Below are positions 1 to 15,340 of a stretch of 64,000 nt of DNA, in pieces. The stretch covers positions 5,631,992 to 5,695,991 of the forward strand of contig CM119267.1 in assembly GCA_051294375.1 (NCBI GenBank), written 5' to 3'. The notes under the pieces are model-generated. The model saw only the letters and a program-made list of their open reading frames with translations. It did not search any database and was not told the origin of the DNA. Made by a program: the position numbers and the translations under genes. The DNA comes from Paraspadella gotoi. Its lineage: Eukaryota > Animalia > Chaetognatha. Position 1 is the first letter of the stretch. Each line of letters begins with the position of its first letter.

Positions 1-4
1 ACCG

Positions 5-3000
5 TTACGACCAATCAATACACGAGCAGTTTTGACTCCCGACTTTGAACAATGTGTCGCGGTTTTGGTTATGCCCGTGGTCCCTCTATCTCTCTTGGAA
101 GATACATAATTACAGTTGGTAAGATCCAGCAAGTTTTCAACTAAGATTAACACTAACACCTTTAAACTTGCATATGAACTACGTAATTTGTCTGTCTTTC
201 CTCGAAAAAAACAAACAAACAAAAAAAAAACAATAATTTAAAAAAAAGAAATAAAAAAAATGAAAATGTCCTTCGTTGACCTTATCCTTGTTGTCCTCCT
301 CGCACCACGAAGCCGGCTTGACGATCTGCTTCAACACCATGATCGGGATGTCGTACATGTGAGGATGGTGACACGAGGCGATGCAGGTGAAGTTGCAGCC
401 CAACAGGATGAACTGAAAGGAGGGGAAAGAAAATCGTTTAATCTACTTTGCATATTGAAGCTGGATATTTCAAACGACGTTTTCGAAACGCCAATTATCT
501 TAATCGCGTAAATTTTGTAGTAGCCAAAGGTTCTTTAGAAAACAATGATGATAGGCTTGAATTCTATTTTACCCCAACTCCATTTTAGATCAGAGTGGGC
601 GCGGTCGTTTCCGGAAAAGTATTAATATAGGAATTTGTTACTCTGTTATATTACTAATTTATTATTATTATTATTTATTATTATTATTATTATTACTAAT
701 TTATTACTTCATTGTGGCCCCTCTGCCCTTTACTGTCACACATTGTATTTTTACATTTTGGGTATATGAAATAATTTAGTGACACGCGAGAACGTCAATG
801 TTGGAAAATCCCCGCTGTCAAAGGATAAGCCTAAAAATTTTGGGATTTTGTTAAAAATAAAAATTGGAAAAAAATTAAAGAATTTGGGTTTGAAAATACT
901 TTATCCTTCATTTAGTATATTAATGTTATTTATTTATTTTTTTTTGTTGCTAACCCCGTTTCGTCTTTTATCTCAAATTTATCCATTTCGGTAATATAAA
1001 AACAAAATATAATTTTAGTTGTCATGAAAACAACTTCAAACTTCGTTTTATTTGGTAACATCTCGTTCGCGTTCCCTCCACGACCCCCCCCCGCCGCCCC
1101 CCCGTCCACCTTGTTCCCCCTGACGGAGAATTCGTGATCCTCGTCCAAATCCTCCATCGCGTCGACGAAGAACTTGAGCTCGCAGAAGGAGATGTCCAGG
1201 TCGGAATTTCGCTTAGAAGAACGACATCCCATTCTCTGATAACCGCCTCATCGGAGCGACTAATCGGGCTTTTTTTAAATTAGCGCCTTTCTAAAGACAT
1301 TCCTCTGGACATTCCAGGTTAACCAACATTAGCTGTTTAATTTTCATCGTTCGTGACTGTCTTCTCGCCTTTCATTTTTCTAGGCTTCCGCCTTCTTTTT
1401 CTCCTGTTTCTCTTTCCTTTCTTCTATTCCTCCTTGCTTCCTTTGCTGTCTCTGACTTGTCCCTTTGGCCCTGGGCGTTAGGATGGGATTGTTCACCAGG
1501 GCCGCCTTCACTTTCCATTCAGTCTTCTTACGTTCCTCATCCTTATTGAAATTCACGCGACGCAGCCCTAAGAGGCTGTAGCCGTATGTTGTTTTAGAGT
1601 GACATGGGTGGCAGGTCCAATTGCCCACTCCGTTGCCCATTAAAAAACGGATCGGAGTCCACTTTCGGCTTGACCTTTTCCTTGTTTTTCGGGCCTTCCC
1701 GTCTCTTTTGCCATCCCCAAAGGATGTTTCCGCTGTACCGCGAGGAGGTTGAGGGACGTTCCACCAGTTCCCGTCTCGGGGCGAAGTAGCCCATCTCCGG
1801 GACGTCCACCACTTTGAGTAAATTGGCTTGAAGTAAAGATGAGGCGAGATCGGTGAAACGCATATTTGTTGGTCGGTACGTTATGTTTAAAGAACTTTAG
1901 CGATAAATTAGAATTAGAAATTAATTAAATCTTATAAAAAAATAATGACTAATAAACAAAAGACGCAACTGAAAAAATAACAAAAAAGACTTCACGGCGT
2001 CCAGGCGCGCCCGACTTCTCCTTCCGCCATTTCGCCGGGAAGTCTGTCGGGCATGCATCCGCCGACGCACTCACGTCTTGTCCGTACGAACTCTCCGCGT
2101 TGGCGTGCAGACAATTCCCGTGGGTCAACTGGCTCCTTTGGGGGATCCGGTCGTGCCGCTGGTGAAGCAACGACACAGCCACGTCGTCGACGGAGGGGGG
2201 GAACCGCAATGCGTGGGGATTTTCTGAAGAGAGATGGCGGGATTTTTATTGCGTTTAGCGTTGTTAGCCTTGGTCATTCACTGTTCAATCGTTTTTTCTG
2301 GTTGATTTGTTTATAAAGTTGTATTAATTTTCTCAAGACTAAAGCGAGCTAACTACTGTTACAATAAAATAAAATAAATAAAAGAGAAATAGACAAATAA
2401 ACTATCTCCAAAGCGTCCCTCCTGTCATGAGGACACGTCTTCGAATGCGGAAGAGTTGGCCGAGTAACACTTGGACTCCCCGATCGAAATCCTCGAGACG
2501 AACGATCGAATCCAGCTGTCGGAGTCCTCCGACTCGCGAGAGGCAAGCCGCCGATGCCTTTAAAGAAAGGGATTGATACATTTGTTGTTTTTGTTACAAC
2601 AGGCTCGTTTCAACCCTCATTATGCATATCTATTTTTCTTTTTTGAAGGAAAAACTCACTCGGGCAAAGGTAATGTAATGCCGAATTCTGAAGCAGGCAT
2701 GGAGGATTAGAGAAAGATTCTTCGAGTTTATGTACTGTTAAAGTAATAAGTTTATCATGCAACCAAATCCCAAATTCAAACTCGCCTTGCAAATGGCAAA
2801 TCATGTGAGCTGGGGCTGTGCTGGCGAAAATCCCGATTCTGATTCCGGGCTTCAATCCCATGGAGATCAATCCGCCTGCCGAATGCGTCGATCTTCTTGG
2901 TCGACTTCTTTCCGTAGGAAATACCCATGCGACGTGTGGAGTCCGTGACTTGCTGCGGCCGAAGCGTCGCGCAACCGAGGCAGTTGCCTTTTTGGGATTG

Positions 3001-6000
3001 GAGACGGGAGTCCGCGTTGGGAAGAAGCCCTCGGACAGGGTGGACACCTCGCCTGGGGTTTCGGCATGATTGAAATGATTACAGCCCTTCGCTTACTTTA
3101 TGATTGCTAGATTGGTAAATTTTACCCGGTGAGCTTTCGTTGACAAGGTTTCCACCTTTTGCATGGAACGATCTTCGTAAATTCTCGTTCGTCTTCCTGC
3201 TTGCATAGAAGAAAAACCCATTTTCTTTATCTTTTCGAGTTTAGTAACAATGTATGTATTACAACAATGGTTTCTAGAGCGTTGTAACTTCTTAAAAGTC
3301 TTTAGAGAGATTCTACAAAGTAGAAATGGTTTGAATCAGCGAAGTTACCCCACTTACTTTGACTATGCATCTGGAGATTGGGAGCGTCCATTACCGAACT
3401 CGAATTATTCGTGGATTCTTTCAATGAAGAATCTTCATGGTTTCGCTATTCAAAAATCTCGAATTAAAAATTCGACGGCAAAAATAAAATTAGAGAATCA
3501 AAGTGATTCCTCTATAGACGGAGAAAGAGATCGTCCTTTTGAACAAATGACCGCGACGAAAGGCGATGTGGTTTTATAGTTAGTTCGCGCCTCACTAGCC
3601 ACTACTTTCATCGATTCGAGAATTAATTTCGAAAACTGACGTAAAATGAACCAGTTCAACGGAGAAATGGGCGAATTCCGGGTGCGTACTCAATTAGCGA
3701 AAAGAAAATGATACATTTTTATGATTAAAACGAGAAAGAGAGAAAAAGAAAAGAGAGAGAATGAAGCTTGACACTTCAGCCGTTTTTGGGGAAAAATTTA
3801 TAACTCAGGATCAAAAGGAGCATGAAAGGAGGAAGTCAGACAGACAGAGAATCAACGTGCAGGTTTTTTTTTCCTATCCAGGATTCTCATGATGAAAAAA
3901 AAGAATCCGGCATGTTATATAAGGGATTAGAACGCGAAACGAAGCGAAGCAGCAAGAAAATAATAGAAGAGGAAATCATTAATGATTTCAAAAATTGACA
4001 CATAAAGAATGACCTTGAACCAAGCAGAAAGATGAGTTTAAATGTAATAGATTATTTTATAATAATAAACAGTAGTGAAGTCCTGGGTTACGTTTTTTTG
4101 GAACTTTGGAGTTATTTGCCAATACCTGGGACCGTACATATTTTCCAACAAAGCGCTTTCATTTAAGCTTAAATTCAGAATTAGGTTAGTTTTAGTTGAG
4201 GTTATGGTGAGATTAGGATTAGCGAATTAGGTTAGGGTTGGTAAGGTTAGAGTTTAGATCTTTTAGTTCAGGGATGAGAAATAAAAATATGTTGATTTTC
4301 GGAAAATAGTGACGATACAAGGTCTTCTTTGGGGTATGATCACGTTTTCATCACAATTCTGCCTTCGAGTTATGTTGCTTGGTCTTTTATTTTTTTTACA
4401 CCTTTAAAGAGCACCCATAACTTTTTTGGATTTCTCTTAATTTGAGATACTAAAATGCTATACATAATTGTATAAAAAGTAATATTTCATTTATATTCGC
4501 ATTTTTTTTGTTTTTTTGCTGTTACACCGGTGCATCTTAGCTATTGGCGCAAGAGTTTCTGCCATTGGCCGTCAAACATTGCCCACACGGAACGTGTGTT
4601 AAAGGTTAGGTGCCGCTGGTGACTTATACAAACAGCGGGTTGGTGACTGGCAAGGCGGATATGGAAAACTCAGCCATAACTAGTTTAAGTCGAGTTTTGA
4701 GGTGCAATATCAGAACGAAAGAATTAAAAAATAATTAAATTCGCAGTTTTCAGGTTGTCCACCTGATCTGAAAAAAATAAAATCGATTAAAAATTTGACT
4801 TACTAACTCATCAATCTATCTAAAGGCCTTAACAAAATAACAAAATAAACATATATTTATTTTATATTTAAAGAATTATTTAACAATCCTACTGTTGAGA
4901 ACCAAAATATAAAAATATATTGTTTTACTTTATTTCACTTCATAGGCCAATAAGGTTTCCTTACTCTCCAATATGCTCTGCAACAAGGCCCGCAGGCTGT
5001 CAGTTCTGCAATTGGGCACCATGAGCCAAGGGTTATAATCGCACTCTCCCCTGTCCGCCCAGTTCTTGAGCCGAGTCAGAAGACTTCGTGGTCCGTCGTT
5101 CTTGTCTCGCAATTGTCCGGGCAGATATCCGCTATGGCCTTGGGCAGTATGGGATCATGTAGCGACCGTTGTTGCTGCACTCTCCGCGGAGTCAGCCCAC
5201 TCCTGGCAGCGAGCGTTTTTATCGACGCAATTGAGCCGGGGAGTGACGGGCCGACCGGGGTGACGCCTGGCGAGGAGGATTTTATGAACAAAAAAAAAGT
5301 AAAACTTCGTTTTTAATTACTGACAGAAAAAAACAACTTTTTAGTTTAAAATAGTTTTTACACTTTTCTCGTACGGACCAAAATGATCCTCGAGCTACGG
5401 TCAGGAGAAGCGGTACTTTTTCGTCGGACGATTTACATTGCGTACAATTACAGGGCTCGGTAATCCCGTTGAAAACAAAGAAGCTCGGACGACGACGACG
5501 GAACAAACAACAAAGAGGCCGACGGACGTCCGTTAAATTCTCAATAATTATCGGACTCGCGAGTCTTCGTTAAAAACCGAATTTTACTGCATTTTAAACG
5601 CGCGACTCCTTTTGATTTGCAGTCGATGCATTATAGTTTGCATTGTTTCACAATTTCGCATTGACGTTTTTTTTTTTTTTTTTTCACTTTTGCCTTCCGA
5701 AAACTAATTATTCACGGAGAGCGGTCGTCCATAAGAGCCCCCCTTTTTTTTTCATCGCTTCATCACTAATCACCTCAGCGGAGTTTTTTTTATGAATGAT
5801 GACAATTTTTTAAATGGAATCATCAAATTATCACGTTCAAGATGTTTCAAACTTTTTTTTATATATTAGAAAAAAAAAATTAATTTTCGTCATTTAAATC
5901 ATCTCCAAACTTCATATATCACTTATTCACTTCTATTCATCATCTATCTTCTTTCAGTTCTTTTCATTCATCTCCTGTCTTTCTTTATTCCATCATTATT

Positions 6001-7613
6001 ATCATCACTACTGACAACAGCCGCTCACTTTTGCATACTTCAGCTCAAGGTTTACTCGGTCCATATCGGTCATTTTTTATACTCGACTTACCCTTCAGCC
6101 TTTTTTCCCCCCCATCTCTCCCCTTCGTCTACCTTCTTCCTTTCCGGCTTCTTCTTAACGCCTCCACTCCCTTCACTTCCTCACAACCAAAAAACCCTCA
6201 CACCTCACGCCTCCCTACCCCGCCTCACCAGTCAACTCCACCCGTCTCACGGTCGCCGCCGCCGCCTCCGCCGCCGCTGACTCCGTACGCTCTTTCGGTA
6301 CCCAGTCGCACTTACTCTTGGACGTGCGACTCTCGCAGCCGATCTTACGGGCACGGCGGTCCTCTCACACTCACACTCGCACTTGTGATTCACGTAGGCA
6401 GGGATGATTTTACATTCGGGATTGGCTGGACCGGGAAAGAAGTGAAGGGGTTGGTTTGCGAAAGTGGCGTGGGGGGGGGAAAGGGTGTGGAGATAAAATG
6501 GACTTTTAAGGTGCGAAGGGGAAATCGTTGTCGACGGAATTGTGGCTTAATTTCGGGACTATTAGTCCTCGTTCGTCGGAATGGAAGCCAACTTCACCGC
6601 TCAAAGAAGAGTAAGGTCTTTAAGCGAAAAACTCACCCGCAGGAAGGAAGTGAGGCCTTTCCCAGCGCTCAAAAAGGGGTGGGTCAAAACTCACCCGGAC
6701 AGTGAGCGGCGCATTTGTACATCAAGTTGCGACTTTTGGCGTCGCTGAAGGTCAGGGCCTTCCGTTTGAACTGATGCCCATCCTTATGATTGACGGTGGA
6801 AAATGAGAATGAAATTAGAATGAAATGAGAATGAAAATAGAATGATATGAGAAATCTGATTCTTTTTCGTTTTTGGGTTCAGTGCCTCTTAATAATTTTT
6901 TGAAAAATATGAAATAACTGGCTCGATCCAGGGTTTTTTTTAACGTTATTACGAAACGTTGGGTATTAGATATTAAGATATTAGCATATATTTGGGGGAA
7001 AAAATGAAATAGCATAGAATGCTATCTGTAAATGATTGAGTATTATGCATAAGATAACACTTGTAAGCTTTCACGAAATTTTTCAAACAGCTGACGAAGA
7101 TTGACAAAAAAAAAGGGTCATGCAGAGAGAAGCCGCGTTAATGACTGCAACCGTGGAGTTGAATGACCGACCCGCTTTCGCCGGAGCAGACGCTTTCTCC
7201 ACCCACAACCCGACGTGGATTATTATTCATTTTTGAAGATTTTTGGAAACCCGTTTACAAATTCTTAAAACATTTTTTTTGTCTTCTCGAAATCTAAAAT
7301 CGGGTGTATATGAAATTACTTTAATTTTAAAATGTATTTTCATTACTTGGGGTGGAGAGAAAGGGGCGGTTCCTTCTATTAATTTTTTTTCACGCCCCTG
7401 TGCAATTAATGTAACAAACTCAGCAATGATAAAGTTTGGGTCCTTTGGAAATCACACACATTTATTGTATTTGAACTTCCTCCTGCTACAAAAATATTAT
7501 GTATACAAAAATTAAGCTATTATTTTGTGAAGGGTGTCTTTTTCTCTGCACGCCCCTAAAGTAGATGAGAGAGAGAGAAAGAAAGAGAGAGTGAGAGAGA
7601 GAGAGAGAGATGA

Positions 7614-7645
<32 letters not shown>

Positions 7646-9324
7646 AACTTTACCCCAGCTCCACTGATAGTCGGAAATCCTTGCTAAAACAGCTTAAATT
7701 CTCGTATTCGGGAGGAAAGCAGTCGGTCCGTACTGGATGATCGCCAGTGGGCGGGCGTGTAAAATAATGTGTAGCCAGAGGGGCGGCGTTGTTGGCGGGA
7801 AGAGGAGTTGAAAGAAACAAATAAAACTGTTTATGCGGATGTTTGTTTAAATTAGTTTCTTAATTGCCACCAACGCCACCTGCATGATGAACCAGTAATC
7901 GTAAGGGATGCCAAAGTCCGTCTGTCCCGCGATAAAATGTTGAACGCCGATTTAAAGTTGGACTGAACGTTGTCGAAAAGAACTTTGGAATGGCGCTTTA
8001 AAATTGAGGTAGTATTATAGATTATATTATAGATTTAGTAATTGTAACTGCTTTATACGAAAAGTTTAATCTTAATTTTAATTCTTGTTTTATTTTGCCG
8101 CTTAAATGGGAGAGATTGTTGTTCAGTAATTTTGCTAACTTGCGATATCTCAATACCGACCCGTCCCTGTCGTTTTCGCACTGTTTTCGGATTAGCCCGA
8201 TTGGGTTGTTGGACCCAATTCGTGAAGGGCTCCGGTCCCGTGAAAATGCAGACCTCGAAGCGAGAAGACTCACCGAGTTGAACTTCCGGTGAGTGCTAAC
8301 CCGACCATGGAGAAAACCAACCTCGCGACAACAAAATTGTAAAAAAAATGACGCTTAGTTGCGTTTAAAAATTGGGGAAACCAAGAAGAAAAAAATAAGG
8401 GTCTTTTCATTACAATTGAAACATTCTTTTAGATATATACCACGTCATTGATAGAAGGCCAGGTACTGTGGGAATGAATAAACAAGACTGTGTGAAGCTT
8501 GCAGGGATTCTGCTATGTCATTATATTGTAAGAGTGATGGAGGCAATTAAACCAACCAAAGCCTGTCCCAAAGTCAGGGGCAAGAATAGCTTATTTATTG
8601 ATGAATGGATAATTTTTATAATCGGTCCATAACAATTTCATTTCATTTATTTTGATTAATTTAAAATTATCGGCGATTCGCGAGGGATTAGGAAACGGGT
8701 CAAAACTTTTAGGGTCTTGCTTCTGTCAGTCCATTGTAAGAGGGATGGAGGGCCATTGGCATGCCTTAACCCACCATAGTCTGTCGCTAAGTAAGGGGTA
8801 ACATATTCCTGATTATTGAATGTATGGAATTATTTATATTTGGTACTGCCATTTTCATGATTATCGAAAAGCAGAACCTGCAAGTTTTCAGTCAGACTTT
8901 TTACAGTCCTTTACTTAATTTCTTAATTATGAGTTTAATAAAATTTTTTCAGATTTTAAAATTGTGATAAAGGAACACTTCCTCATGTATTAAAAATAAT
9001 GATGTAGCAGGTCCCCTTCAAGCTTTCTCACAGTCTCGTTTATTCACTCCCAGAGTACCTGGCTTCCCTATTCAATGAAGTGTATAATTGTTTCAAAGAA
9101 TGTTTCAATTGTCTGAAAAGACCATCTCCATTAATGTATTAGCTACGCACCTCCTCCATTGAAGACGTCGATCTTGTGATTGTCCGACTTTCTGGCGTTG
9201 GCACTCCCGTAAAGGTTCGGAACCTGATGCAAGTTCGCTCCTTGCCATTCTTCATCGCCGCGTAGACGACCTTGCAATTGAGCCGTTGGAACCCATTTCC
9301 AATTATTCTCTCTCTCCTCTCTCT

Positions 9325-9358
<34 letters not shown>

Positions 9359-10138
9359 CGTCTCTCTCTCTCACCTGCATAGGCCTTCCTCTCAAAGCCG
9401 AGTTTGATAGTGTAGGAATGATGCCTTTTGGCCCCTGAATGTTAAAATGAAAAAAGATATAAAAAAATATATTTTATGAAATATATTTTAAATTATTTGC
9501 AATAACCATTTGCGCCTCCAGTTTTAAAGCTTAAAAAGTAGGCTGCATATTTAAATAATTTTACGTATAATTCGACTACGTTAGTCATAAATAAATAAAT
9601 AATTTTAGTTAACAAGATCGGTCCGCCAATGCGATTGCGGCCGCAGTAACTTTCGCAGTGTATTTATGACACGCATGCATCGGAATTTCGTTCGTTTTAT
9701 TCTTGTATAGTTCTAGAATTTCCTGAAGCGGCGCTAACAGTTCACTTGAATTTGAAGTTTTTATCCTTTATAAACAAATGAAGCAACCAAACTATAGGCA
9801 AGTATGATTCATTTTTAAAGTAAGCGGGGACAGATACGACGGACGACATACCGACCGACCGACCGACCAAAAAAAGTGACTTTTGAGTTGCTCCGCGGAG
9901 TTAAAAACCTTATCCAGCCTTTAACCAACTCCTGACCTGTTAGTAATCTTTTGGAGTGCCGTCCAGCAAAAGGCCGAGGTGTTACCATAATAACTATTCT
10001 TCGTACTGCAACGGATCCATATGCATGTCTATTCGAGATTAATATGACGGTTGACACCTGCGTAGGTCGCTGCGGCCCGCCTCCGTCCTGTCCGGGCGAT
10101 TGTGGATGAGATGTACAAGCGTCTCTATCTCTCTCTAC

Positions 10139-10169
<31 letters not shown>

Positions 10170-11002
10170 ACTCTTCTCTCTCTCTCTCTCTCTCTCTTAT
10201 TATTCAATGAAATTTTTAATTTTTTACATACTTGTATGTACATAATTTTCAAATTACGGCTCTCTTACGATCCTGTTGATGTAAATATGTTTCATTGGAC
10301 ATTATGAGATGAATAAATCAAATCAAATCAAATCTCTTCTCTCTCTCTCTCTCTTCTCTCCTTCTCTCTCTCTCTTCTCTTCTCTCTCTCTAATATTTTC
10401 GTTTTTTTCATCTTTGTATGCATTTTTTCTTAATGTGCATTTAAACAATGTGCATTAAACCCATGTTTCAAATTCCTAGATAATATATTTCAACGAATAA
10501 CTTTTAGACATTATAAAAAAGTATAAGTAAAAAAAATAAAATAAATAAACATAACTAAACAAAAATCAAAACAAAAATGCGAAACAAAAACGAAAGAAAA
10601 AAAAAAATTCGAAACAAAAAGCGGAAAACAAAAAACGAAAGAAAAAGGGAAACCTGCGTCCTCTGATGACCTGTCGAATGGTTTCGGCCTCCATTCGAAG
10701 GCGTCGGCCGGAGTCTCCCACTTGGAAGATCTCGGTCCGAGAGTCAGGCCCTGTTGAGTGTGAGAGCGAGTGATGAGTGACAAAGTTAGCCGGTTTGGAA
10801 AGCGTTAGAGCGTGACAGTGCGATGGTTCGATTGTTGTGACAAGCCGTTACAAGGCGATAGACCTGATATTATCATCAAATTACCGATTGCGATGTCAAA
10901 TGACATAGCGACTCGGATAACCTTGAGTTTATTTTACATTAAATGATAAATATTAAGAATCCGGCCTTCCCTGTTATATTTGAATCGTCATCTCTCTCTC
11001 TG

Positions 11003-11048
<46 letters not shown>

Positions 11049-11287
11049 CCCGATATTCAAAAATCGACATTTCGAATCAATGACGATGAGAGAATTAAAA
11101 TAATTTCATTAATATCACAAAAAGTCCTGTCATTAATCTCCAATTCCCGGCGAACCTGAAAATCTTCTTGCCGCCGGAAGCGCTACTCGCGAGAAAGACG
11201 AAAAGCCAAAAATATCCAACCCATTTTTTCGTTACCCTTTTTGCCTTTTTGGTGAGAACTTATTCACGGAACCTTTAAATAGTTACT

Positions 11288-11318
<31 letters not shown>

Positions 11319-12581
11319 AAGCCGTTCCTTGGCAAAAATTTTTTTGATACATGTTGTAGATCCTAAAGAACAGCCAACGAATTACTTGTATATATAATAG
11401 ATAATATCATTTAAGGAAAAAAACTCCTCCGATGATATAATAAAATAGTATATAAATAACTTATTTATTAAATGATGGATAAATTTTTTATATCGGTTGG
11501 TTCCAATTTTCATAGTAATTATTTGTCGATAACCTCAAGTTTTCTTTGTCATCACTGAAGACAAAAAAAAACCGAAACGAAACGCGATATGATTGGCGGA
11601 ATCGAACGCTGGACCTCTTCGCCCTCCAAACCCTTAAAACGCCCGAATTGATAGGGAAGAAGTTGTCCGTCGATCCCGTCGTTGTTGTTGTTGTTCGATC
11701 GTCGTTACCGTTGTTATCTCATCGTCGTCGTTTGTCCTCTCTTCGTATTGCTCAAGGACTTCGCATGTTTCAACGTTTTATCGCAATAAAAATAGGGAGA
11801 CTCAGATATAACGACGCGAAGTTGATGATGATGATGCATGATTGATGACGATGACCATTGACAAGGAAAAGGATTGATGATTGATGATGATGATGATGAT
11901 GACGATGATAATTTAAAAAACGATTATGAAGATGACAATGATGACGAAGAGCTTCGTCAAAAAAAAAAGGTTTTCAATCATGATTGACGATTATTTTACT
12001 TGAATTAAACGAAGACAATGCATCGAACAAACAATGAGCATAAAGGAGAAGAGACAATGACAAAGATATATCAACAACGGATTAGAATTTGGCGATTGAT
12101 AAAAATGATAACGAAGACTGCGATGACAACGATGACATTGACGACGACGATAACGACGATAACGACGACGATGACGACGACGACGGGACTAGGACGAACG
12201 AGAGTTCCACTTTAAAACGCGAAACTCGATGAAAAGCTGACAAATGATTTCTTGTATTTTTTGATTCACCCGTTCCTCATCTCTCTTCTCTCTCTCTCTC
12301 TCTCCTCTCTCTCCTCTCTTTCTCTCTCTCTCTTCTCTCTTCCTCTCTCTCTCTCTCTCTTCTCTTCTCTCTCTCTCTCTCAATCTCTCGCGTCGTCTTT
12401 CCTCGAACCTGCGTTTTCCAAAGGCTTCCTTTCAAGGTAGCGATTTTATAACGAGGAAAAATAAAATATTTTCCCCCTTCAGTCCACATTTGGCACAAAA
12501 AAATAATATTGGGGGCGGAAACAAAAAGGTAAATCGTTTCCCTATGTTAGAGAGATGAGAGAAGAGAGAGAGAGAGGTAGC

Positions 12582-12615
<34 letters not shown>

Positions 12616-12904
12616 GTGCTCCCTCTCCTAAGGCTTTTCCTGTCTATTTTGTCGTTTCCGGCCTTCCTTTTTTTTCCTTTGATTCGACGCATCTTTTTCT
12701 CCCTTTTTTTCCTTTTCATATTTTTCTTTTATTCCGTCCCCAAATTTTCCATCTTGATTTTTCGTTTTGCTCTGCTTTTCAAATTCATACACATTTTTCA
12801 TTCGACTTTAATTCTATACCGATCTCTCTTCGTATTTCAAGTATCTCATATCTCATTATTATTATATTATTATTATTATATTATTATTATTATTATTATT
12901 ATTA

Positions 12905-12944
<40 letters not shown>

Positions 12945-14379
12945 GTTGGATTCAATTTTTTCGAATTCGACCACGCGATTCCTATCACCCCAATCTCCCA
13001 TCACCGTTAAACCCCAATCCTCCTTCTCCCCCCTTCCTCCCCCCCCCCCCCCTCACCTCTCCGCCCTGATAATGCTTCGTTACTCTCTCTCACTTTTCCC
13101 ACTGTCTTTTCGCGTCACTCGATAGTTTTTTTTTCCTTCTTATCCAAAAAGTCTTCAACTTTCCTTTTTTTTTCTCTCGCGCGAAATTTTCTGGTGCTCT
13201 TTTTTTTAACCCCCCCCCAATTTTTTGGGCTTTTTCTTGAAACCCCCCAATTTTCGGGCTTCCACTTTTCTGAAAACCCCCTCAATTTTTGGCTTTGGTT
13301 TGGTCCCATCCAATGAGAAGAGAATTTTGAATCCCGAATTCCGGCCGGATTCTAACGAGTCGCGGAATCCGATTCTATCTGTTACTGTTCGAAACCAATA
13401 AACTCTAATACTTAACCTTTTAATACTAAACCCTCATTCTTAATCTAATTACTTAACCAATAACTTCCACATTTTAATCTCTATCCTTAACCCCTAACCA
13501 AAATCCCTTGTCTCTCAATCCTCGGCCCTATCCATTACTTTTAAATTAAACTTTTAAAACCTACAAATTTATTTAATTTGAATTTAAGATAAAATGAGGC
13601 GTTCTGGGAGAGTAAGGCCAAATTTTTTCCTCCTATCATCTTCTTTCCTTTTACACTCCACCTATAACTTCCGAATGGTTCTCCCGTCTGCTGACTTTAA
13701 TTGTTAACAGCTTTGCCATCTTTGTAAATACGCGAGGAAAGTTTTTCAACAATCTCACGCTCAAAATTTAATATATTATGTTTTTGATAAATTACTAACG
13801 TATTTTGCGTCTTCTACAGTTTTTATCTCGTTTGTCTTATGTGTCAAAAAAAGTATTCAATAAAAATTATTTCAAACGATAAAATGTAATTAAAAATGAT
13901 AACTAAAATTTTTAAAAATCTCTCATTTATAAGCGTGATGATTCAGTATCCAATTAAAAAACAAATAATTCAATTTAAAATCATGATGGCGATAAAATTA
14001 AGAAATTAATGCATCTAATTTTTCTAAATGCTGCCAATATGTAAATGAGATTCAGAGCTCAAACTCCGTAAAGATCGAAACGTTCCCGCATCGCGAGCTT
14101 AAAAACAATAAAATGATTCCGGGGTTATCATTTTTACAAAAATAAACAAAGGGAACAATGTCTTAACTGACAAAATTGGAATTGAAAAAAATTACTTCCG
14201 TTTTTTCTTTCCAATCTCTCTCTCTCTCCTTCTCGGTTCTCTCTCCCCTCGAAGGACGAATCGGTTTTCTTCTTCCGTGTTTCATGTTATGAATTTGTTC
14301 GAAAAGGAATTGTTGCAGATTTCGTCGATGATTTTTTCAGGACGATACGGGCTCCCACTCTCTCTCTCTCTCTCTCTCT

Positions 14380-14430
<51 letters not shown>

Positions 14431-15309
14431 TCTCTCATCGCCTCTCTCTCTCCTATTCCCTGTCAAACCGTCTCATATCTCCCGTCTATTCTTAAAAAAA
14501 TTATTCCTATTCTCCATGGCGACTCGCTCTTGACTAATGATGCTCCTCGCCTTCCTCCTCCTCTTCCTCCTCCTCCTCCTCTTTCCATGAATGCCACCCC
14601 ACCTTTTCCGGTTATTGAGGTTGGTGTCCGAGTCCATGGCGGCGCCGTGGGCGAGCGATGGTGGCGAGGGGGGGGCGAAGGCGAGCCAGATTTGGACTCG
14701 GACCGGGCATCGAAGGACATCTGGCGGGCGTCGCGTCGTCATTTTTAGCGCGATAGTTTTTTTTATTACTACTTTGGGACGGAGGTTGACGCATTGACTT
14801 GAGTCACTGTCTCTGTCTGGGTCCGTCATTTCTGTCTGTCTGTTTTTTTTTTTCAGCTCGTATCTGTCTGTCTAGCTATTCTAGTATTCTATCTATCCCA
14901 GTTTCACCCTTCGGTTGACTTTTTTTCTTCGATTCGTAAACTTTTGTCCGTATTTTACATGTTCCTTCTTCTCCGCCATCCCTCACGAACCTTTTGCCAC
15001 CCTTCTAGCCATCCTTTGCCACCCCTCTGCCATCTATTTGCCATCCCTTACTTACGCCAAAGATCGCGGGAGATCCTCGTTAGGCGACTGAGACTTTGGT
15101 TTGGGATCCCGAGAGAAAAGCCTTTTTTTCCCTCGCAAACACCACTTTTCTTTCTTTCTTTCTTTCTTCTTTCTTTCTTTCTTTCTTTCTTTCTTCTTCC
15201 TTTCTCTTTTTCTATTCTTCTTTCTTTTTCTTTATTTCTTTATTTCTTTATTTCTTTGTTTAATTGTTATTTGTTTCTTTCTTTTTTTTCTTTCCTTTCT
15301 TTATATTTA

Positions 15310-15340
<31 letters not shown>

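Noticed and set aside
1205-1760. Unique sequence with short ORFs between the duplicated blocks
   Set aside because: It has no counterpart beside the clean ACSL copy and behaves like a low-quality read end.
4978-11224. Second astacin gene forming an inverted gene pair
   Set aside because: Introns and flanks are as similar as exons, and the differences are uniform indels, consistent with a raw-read duplicate.
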